From an uncultured Gammaproteobacteria bacterium (lineage in GTDB: Bacteria > Patescibacteriota > Microgenomatia > CAYSOG01): a stretch of DNA of 64,000 nt. The translations under genes and the position numbers were made by a program. The stretch lies in contig CAYSOG010000006.1 of the NCBI GenBank assembly GCA_964432675.1, positions 1,824 through 65,823 on the forward strand. The letters are read 5' to 3'. Numbering within the stretch: position 1 is the stretch's first letter; the number at the start of each line of letters is the position of its first letter. A model generated the notes under the pieces. It saw only the letters and a list, made by a program, of their open reading frames with translations, did not search any database and was not told the origin of the DNA. This document shows, one piece after another, positions 58,666-64,000 of the stretch.

Positions 58666-59061
58666 CTACCAGTCTTTAAAGGCAGCGGGAACTTCCGGCC
58701 CCCGGGGCTTGCTCGGGTCGAAGAAAACGACTCGCGTTGGCAGGTAGCGAACAACCTCAGCGTTTGGTAAGTCTTTTACCTGCGCGTACGCTTCGATCCA
58801 CCATCCAGCCTCTGTCTGCTCGCGATAAACGAATTCAACTTTTTGCACCCATTCATGAGCCTCTTGTGGACCCATACTCCGCAAACCTCGAACAACCATC
58901 ATGCGGATTTCAGACCGGCACCACCTGCCATTCGTCAGGGCATAGTTCGCCTCGACAGTTAACTTCGGCAAGTCCCGGTCGTTATAAGCAGCAAACCCAA
59001 AGCCATCAGTTTTCCAGTCATCCGCTTCTTTCTTCCCAAGCCACCTGAGGAAACCAAACAT
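58666..59061 (-). CDS. Hypothetical protein (131 aa), first gene of the minus array
   Basis: AAAAGGAGA RBS. Trp-rich. Confidence 0.45.
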   Translation of the reverse strand: MFGFLRWLGKKEADDWKTDGFGFAAYNDRDLPKLTVEANYALTNGRWCRSEIRMMVVRGLRSMGPQEAHEWVQKVEFVYREQTEAGWWIEAYAQVKDLPNAEVVRYLPTRVVFFDPSKPRGPEVPAAFKDW

Positions 59062-60316
59062 GGCATGTGTCTCCTTTTCTTTTTCGTTAATGTGCGATCC
59101 TTCATTGCCTATTTTCTCAAAGGCAATTATGAGAAGGAAAATTAGCAGACAATGGCTTATCTGCTTACTTTCTCTCTCAATAGCCGACTTCTATAACTTG
59201 CCGTCGGATATGCTAAGCCAAAGAAAAACCAGCTCTTTTTGCGGCTGTCCAAATACAAAATTAGCTAATTTGGGCAGGTGCATTTGAAACATGAGCATAT
59301 AAGCTGGCTGTTTCTTCAGTCGATAAAAATGAAGTGCTATATACCTAAGTATATGTTACAAACGTTTTCCGTTTTCGTGGAAGTATAACATACTATAAGC
59401 TTAAAGTCAAATCTGGGAGGCGCACTACATATTTACTAAACCTGGGTGTTACCACGCGATGTCTATGCAGTAGGTAGACATGATAAGGCAAAATGAGCCA
59501 CAGGGTCTGCTTTCTTATACTTAAACTCATAGTTTAAAGTTGCTATATATAATAGTGTAGCTATTGCAGCTAATTGCCTGTATATCCTTTGCTAGAATTG
59601 TTCATCTTGACAGACTTATAGTTATATGATACACTGCGCCCTACATCGTTTGGCGAAGCAATCACCAGACGATAAGCAATCGCACATTTTAAGAAACCAG
59701 AAAAGCTTAACATACCAGCTTTCAAGTCAAAACCTTTATTTCCTGCCATAGGGGTTCGTAGTACTTCCAACGTACTCCCCTTTTGACAGACAGCTGGTTT
59801 TTTGTTTTTCTTTGTCATTCTGGCAGACGAAGTCGAGACCAGGACCTTTTTGAAACCAAAGGAAACGTTTAGGTCTATGGTCGGAATGACAATATATTGT
59901 GGTGGTAAGCGAGCGCACAATCTGCTCTGTATCGTATCCGATACACCAAAAGGTTTTAAACCTTGTACTGGATACACCAATACGACATGTATTGTGGGCT
60001 CACTTTCCATCCCAAACTTTCTTAGCGGCGCTAAGTGCCGCAACAAAGTTACAAGATGGATCAAAAACCTTACAACGAACTTTCACAATCTACAGTTGAA
60101 AACCTTTAAAGATGCTTTTATTGGCGTCGAAAAGCGGCTTAAAACATTGTCATTCTGAACGGATACGAAGTGTAGTGAAGAATCTACCACGGTCGGATTA
60201 GCAAGCCAGGTAGAAGATCCCTCTCTAATCACTCGGGATGACAACCTGTTTGAGTTTCTTTTCGGCGTCAATAAGCAGCAACGGCGTTTAAAAAGCGTCA
60301 AGATGGAAGGAAAATC
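59062..60316. promoter_or_regulatory. 1.25-kb non-coding divergent control region with direct repeats, palindromes and stacked hairpins
   Basis: No protein-like ORF. TTGACA-17-TACACT at 59607-59635. Repeats TTGTCATTCTG...ACGAAGT at 59812 and 60147. The 16-mer TTCACAATCTACAGTT at 60082. Palindrome CTTAGCGGCGCTAAG at 60021-60035. Hairpins at 59929-59994. Confidence 0.5.
60082..60097 (+). repeat. 16-mer TTCACAATCTACAGTT, copy 1
   Basis: Exact repeat of the 16-mer at 61642-61657. Confidence 0.8.
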
Positions 60317-60652
60317 ATGGCAACGGCTACGATCGACCAACTGGCGAATGAAGTAATGATTGGGATCAGTGGCGTGCTTATGCACGACATCAGAACGACG
60401 GTTTCCGACGCTCGAGTATCGGGCGACCAACCGACGGAAGAAGGTGCATTTTCGACGCTCGACCACCTTGAGAAAATCCATCATGCGATCGTTGTTTTTT
60501 TGAGCTTTCCTGGCAGGCGCAGCCGCGAGCAAGCTGAGAATCTATCGGGGCTCCTTGAGGGTATGGAGGACTACTCCCCCCTCGAGCCAGTTAAGGATGC
60601 AGTCGTCGAGTTACGTAAGTCGTTGCTCGACCTGCTGGCAAACGCTTCATGA
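60317..60652 (+). CDS. Hypothetical protein (111 aa)
   Basis: First ORF of the plus-strand array. Confidence 0.4.
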   Translation: MATATIDQLANEVMIGISGVLMHDIRTTVSDARVSGDQPTEEGAFSTLDHLEKIHHAIVVFLSFPGRRSREQAENLSGLLEGMEDYSPLEPVKDAVVELRKSLLDLLANAS

Positions 60653-60846
60653 GCTCGACGTGAAGTATCCACCTCAGTAAAGAAAGGTTTTCGACGTAGA
60701 TTTTTTGAGTCCCCGTTCAGTTGCATGGACGGGGCTCTTCCTTAAGTCCTTAAACAATTTTGAGGATTGAAGGAAGAACTGATTAAAATAGTTCTTCAAG
60801 AACAGAAATCGCACTTTTAGAGCTGAAAACCAAAAAGGAGAGGTGG

Positions 60847-61182
60847 ATGACAGTCCAGCAGCAACTCACACACGCGCTCCATGACATGGTCATGGTGAGC
60901 CTTCGGGCGACGCCCGAGGAAGTCGAGTTTGGCCCGCCGTGCAGCTATCTCATCGAGAGCTGTATCAGGGCAGGGGTAGACACGGTTGCAAAAGATATAC
61001 TGTCAAACCGGCAAAGCGAGTTCCGCCTCAACGGCGCAGGACTCAAGCTCATTTCGAACTTGTACGGCACACCCGAAAACCCGCGGCTCACCTTGAGCGT
61101 TGGGGGCGACCAGGCGCATCACTATCCATCAACACTCCCCAAACTGCGACAAATCGTCCAAAACGCCGGCCTAGCCGGGTAA
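60847..61182 (+). CDS. Hypothetical protein (111 aa)
   Basis: RBS AAAAGGAGAGGTGG. A palindrome, GTTCTTCAAGAAC, lies 40 nt upstream. Confidence 0.45.
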   Translation: MTVQQQLTHALHDMVMVSLRATPEEVEFGPPCSYLIESCIRAGVDTVAKDILSNRQSEFRLNGAGLKLISNLYGTPENPRLTLSVGGDQAHHYPSTLPKLRQIVQNAGLAG

Positions 61183-61195
61183 AGAGGAGATAGAG

Positions 61196-61510
61196 TTGAG
61201 AAAGTTGACAAAGGCACAGCAGTTGCGGAAGGTCGCTTCGGACCTTGGCGTTGAAGTCAAGGTCGAGGCGGTCGTCCGCCCGTGGGGTGAGACAGATTAC
61301 GTCCTGGAATTCCAGGGCCACTCACCCCAGCCCGAGGTAACCTTTTCATTCATTGAGGCACTAGGCCTCATTTTTGATGAGGTGCCGGACCCCGCCGAAG
61401 GAACGTGTCCAACCTGCGAAAGCGATTGGAGTTGTCCGGTGCACCACACCGGCGACTACTCGCTCACAGGCGGTGACTTTTCAGCTGCCATAATCGCAGC
61501 AGTGTTGTAA
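61196..61510 (+). CDS. Hypothetical protein (104 aa) with a C-terminal Cys/His cluster
   Basis: 'CPTCESDWSCPVHH' putative zinc site. RBS GAGGAGA. Confidence 0.45.
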   Translation: MRKLTKAQQLRKVASDLGVEVKVEAVVRPWGETDYVLEFQGHSPQPEVTFSFIEALGLIFDEVPDPAEGTCPTCESDWSCPVHHTGDYSLTGGDFSAAIIAAVL

Positions 61511-61641
61511 GGAGGTTTTCAGCGTAGATATTGGGCGGCAGCCAACAAGCTGTCGCCCTCTTCCAAAAATCTTTTTTTGGCACATTGCCAAAAGAGGCAT
61601 TTTGGAAGAGCGAATAAGCTTTTCAAGAAACACTTTGTTCA

Positions 61642-61657
61642 TTCACAATCTACAGTT
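61642..61657 (+). repeat. 16-mer TTCACAATCTACAGTT, copy 2
   Basis: Exact copy of the 16-mer. A partial copy, AATCTACAGGTT, is near 63850. Confidence 0.8.
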
Positions 61658-61694
61658 ACTCTTCCGAAACCGGTAATTTGCCCGGGAAGGAAGC

Positions 61695-62195
61695 ATGAAG
61701 CAACAGGAGAAAATCGTGATGTCGTCGCGAACCAACCGGTCAAAGATCGTAACCAGCCCCGGTGCCCAGTTTCTGGCCAACCGAGGGGTTACATTGTGGC
61801 CATTCTTTAATGCCCGCACCCGGCATATCATTGACGTTGGGCAGTCCGCAGGTTCACCGCTGGTCTACACATCGGCAAGCTTCGACCCTAAAGAAGGGTC
61901 GGAATTTATGCTGACTTGCCATTGGCCAGATCGACACCTGTTGACACAGTTAGTCCGTCAGCAGCCCTACGGGCACTGGTACTTGGATATTTACGACACC
62001 AGCCGGCATGCAAGCCAACGAGCTGATTTAGTCGAGGAATGCCAGCTCATCGTACGCGATGAGTACGGACGAAGCGATGATGTGCCCTGGGATTACCAGG
62101 CGTGGAACGGCCCCGACTGGGACAATGCCGAAATCTATTATCTCGGCTGCCCCATCGTCCAACCCCCAGGCTTAATTGCACGGTTGCCAATCTAG
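61695..62195 (+). CDS. Hypothetical protein (166 aa)
   Basis: ORF preceded by the 16-mer repeat. Confidence 0.45.
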   Translation: MKQQEKIVMSSRTNRSKIVTSPGAQFLANRGVTLWPFFNARTRHIIDVGQSAGSPLVYTSASFDPKEGSEFMLTCHWPDRHLLTQLVRQQPYGHWYLDIYDTSRHASQRADLVEECQLIVRDEYGRSDDVPWDYQAWNGPDWDNAEIYYLGCPIVQPPGLIARLPI

Positions 62196-62224
62196 AGGCA
62201 AGAAACTAGCAAAGGAGACGCACA

Positions 62225-62572
62225 ATGGAAGGTCTAAGAGCAATAGTAATCTGTTTCGCTTCTCTCGTGGCATTCGTAACATGCTGCAAAGAGCTAGAGA
62301 AACGGGTTGACATGAGACTCCCCTTCGGCATTCTCATCGGGCTATATCACGGCTTCGCTGCGGCTTTGGTCTTCGCAACCTTTTTAGATCCGCAGAGCTG
62401 GATCGGTGCTGATAAGATGAATGTTGAAACGACGGTATTCACCGTCTTCGTGTCGTTGATCGTGAGCGCATTACCAATAGCGATCCTGTCGCTGCTTGGA
62501 TGCGGCTTATGCATGATCCTTTGGACGATACATCAAGCCAGGACCAGGCTGTCACAACTAGTCTCGTTCTGA
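62225..62572 (+). CDS. Hypothetical polytopic membrane protein (115 aa)
   Basis: RBS AAAGGAGA. Three or four TM helices. Confidence 0.45.
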   Translation: MEGLRAIVICFASLVAFVTCCKELEKRVDMRLPFGILIGLYHGFAAALVFATFLDPQSWIGADKMNVETTVFTVFVSLIVSALPIAILSLLGCGLCMILWTIHQARTRLSQLVSF

Positions 62573-62598
62573 GCAGAACATTCCAGGAGAGGTGAAAA

Positions 62599-62703
62599 AT
62601 GCCCCAAGATAATCTATATTCTGTACTTCTCAGCATCACAATGTGGCTCATAGCACTCGACCTGCTTGGAATAGCTGTCGTTTACAGCTTTGGAATACAT
62701 TAA
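62599..62703 (+). CDS. 34-aa hydrophobic peptide (not in the ORF track)
   Basis: GGAGAGGTG RBS 6 nt upstream of ATG. The peptide MPQDNLYSVLLSITMWLIALDLLGIAVVYSFGIH forms one TM helix. Confidence 0.3.
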   Translation: MPQDNLYSVLLSITMWLIALDLLGIAVVYSFGIH

Positions 62704-62747
62704 CTTCGGTAGCTGGGCCGTATAGCCCACAAAAAAGGAAGCGAAGA

Positions 62748-62879
62748 ATGGATCTTGTTGAGATTCTACGGCATCTCGGGACACTTTCGGACGCAGACTT
62801 GTTGAACGCGCTATTGTTTTCGGTGGCTGGGGTTGGCTATTCAGTTTTGATAATTGCCGGCCTCACCAGGCATCGGTAA
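62748..62879 (+). CDS. 43-aa small membrane peptide (ORF 62643-62879, likely start 'MDLVEIL')
   Basis: AGGAAG RBS. C-terminal TM helix. Confidence 0.35.
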   Translation: MDLVEILRHLGTLSDADLLNALLFSVAGVGYSVLIIAGLTRHR

Positions 62880-62892
62880 CTGTAGAAATCAT

Positions 62893-62936
62893 GTCCGCCC
62901 TTTACGTCTACCAGACGAAGGGCGGACCTTTCCTTA
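62893..62936 (+). terminator. Terminator GTCCGCCCTT...AAGGGCGGAC followed by CTTTCCTT
   Basis: 10-bp stem with an internal second stem. Followed by the further hairpins 62965-62985 and 63007-63028 (GGGAGGGAC-tttt-GTCCCTCCC). Confidence 0.55.
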
Positions 62937-63505
62937 ATGATTGAAGGCAACTTCAGCCATTTAGGAAGGGTGGTAACCACCTTTCATTAACAAATTTATA
63001 TAGGGCGGGAGGGACTTTTGTCCCTCCCCTACCCTGTTCTTTGCACATTAATACAGGTTTTAGTAATAGCCACCCGTTTCACCGCTTTATTGTGGAGGAG
63101 TTTTGCCACGCGAAAAATGGCAGGATTAATTTCTTCAGAATTAAGCGGTGAACAGGTAGCCGCTCGGCACACGAAGGAGTTGTGTTGGGAAGTAGCCTTC
63201 GCACGTCACAGGTCAATTGTCGGCAGGGACAGGCAAGGATCGCTTGCCACATCCACCAGTGCACTGGCTGCGGCAGGAGCATCAGTAACCCGCATGGCAC
63301 CTGCTCAGAGTCGTGCAAACGGCTCTGCGATAGGTGTAAGCACCCCGGTTTTCCTGCGGCAACTGTTTCTGCTACACAGCCAACTGATATAAGACAATCC
63401 AACCCGAGGTCGACTGGAAGGCCTGCTTCAATATTTACGCGCCTCTGATTGCTATCCGCCTGGGTATAATCTCCTACCAAGTCATCTTATTAGAAAGGAG
63501 GAAAA

Positions 63506-63697
63506 GTGGAAGAAGAGGTTTTTGAGGTTAAGTGCCTGAATTGCGGCCGTGTCGCCGGTGAAGTAACGGGCTCAGCGGCCAAGCGCATGGACAGGCCTCC
63601 CAAGTGTAGCCACTGCAACGGCAGGACACACTTGCAACCGCTTGCCAATGACGAACTGGCACTTGCCAGACATCGGCTCAAAGCCAGTATTGCTTAA
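63506..63697 (+). CDS. Zinc-ribbon mini-protein (63 aa, GTG start)
   Basis: 'CLNCGR...CSHCNG' CxxC-x-CxxC. AGGAGG RBS 8 nt upstream. TATAAT at 63461-63466. Confidence 0.5.
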   Translation: MEEEVFEVKCLNCGRVAGEVTGSAAKRMDRPPKCSHCNGRTHLQPLANDELALARHRLKASIA

Positions 63698-64000
63698 ACC
63701 AAATTTGTTCTCCGCCCTTTCCATTGTGGATTGGGCGGAGACACCTACTTTAAGAGGTAAAGTGTCGATATAACTTTTCTTGTGTCCACATTTTCCTTCT
63801 TAAAAGCCATGGATGGCAAGTAGAGTTGGAACAAAAATTTCGTACATTAATAATCTACAGGTTAAATAAAAACTGAAAGCTCCCCTAGTGGAGACAATTT
63901 ATCCTTCGAGCGATTAGGGAGAAGTTCGTCAATAGAATAGGTAGTCCCAGTAAAGTTCTCGCTTTGTGAGTACACGTCGCTCGAACAATAATATATCCAT

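Noticed and set aside
59570-60158. ORFs 59570-60064 (minus strand) and 59802-60158 (plus strand) inside the 1.25-kb control region.
   Set aside because: The translations are compositionally non-protein-like and lie across repeats and palindromes. The region is better explained as non-coding regulatory or structured DNA or RNA.
60236-60812. Recurring TTGAGG(A) hexamers in intergenic regions of both arrays as a general promoter element.
   Set aside because: A 6-7-mer is expected many times by chance in 64 kb, and its orientation relative to gene direction is inconsistent. Only the exact 12-mer pair was kept.
1-64000. CRISPR arrays, rRNA genes and transposase or integrase genes.
   Set aside because: No regularly spaced direct repeats with unique spacers, no rRNA-like conserved stretches and no recombinase motifs are seen in any frame.

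Overview
This 64-kb window looks like a small, low-GC bacterial chromosome (about 40-45% GC by eye; no computation done) with a reduced, CPR/Saccharibacteria-like housekeeping set. The organism assignment is tentative. Recognisable genes: tgt, trpS, lgt, a dksA-like gene, lspA, efp, uppS, a tldD-X-pmbA operon, dnaB, hisS, rpmE-prfA-prmC, rpsF-ssb-rpsR, htrA, ctpA and ychF. There is one tRNA-Leu(CAA) and several secreted proteins, including a 1122-aa fusion of BNR (Asp-box, sialidase-like) repeats with a lipase. The ORF track accepts GTG/TTG starts, so several true starts are probably internal to the listed ORFs.

Three accessory features stand out. (1) 38.6-40.1 kb: a tandem triplicated ~110-aa paralog cassette plus a fourth gene, with its own promoter and terminator, inserted between rpsF-ssb-rpsR and ychF. 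(2) 43.4-46.1 kb: two tandem paralogous single-pass membrane proteins and several ORFans next to an ADP-ribosylglycohydrolase. (3) From about 47.6 kb to the window end the composition changes sharply. GC is clearly higher throughout and about 60-65% locally at 48.5-50.4 kb. This segment holds a DEAH/HrpA-like helicase, more than 20 tightly packed ORFans in two divergent arrays, a 1.25-kb non-coding control region with iteron-like direct repeats and palindromes, small hydrophobic peptides, several Zn-ribbon mini-proteins and a shared 12-mer promoter-proximal motif. This third segment is the best candidate for a previously undescribed mobile, phage-like or defence-related system.

No integrase, transposase, CRISPR array or rRNA is visible in the window.
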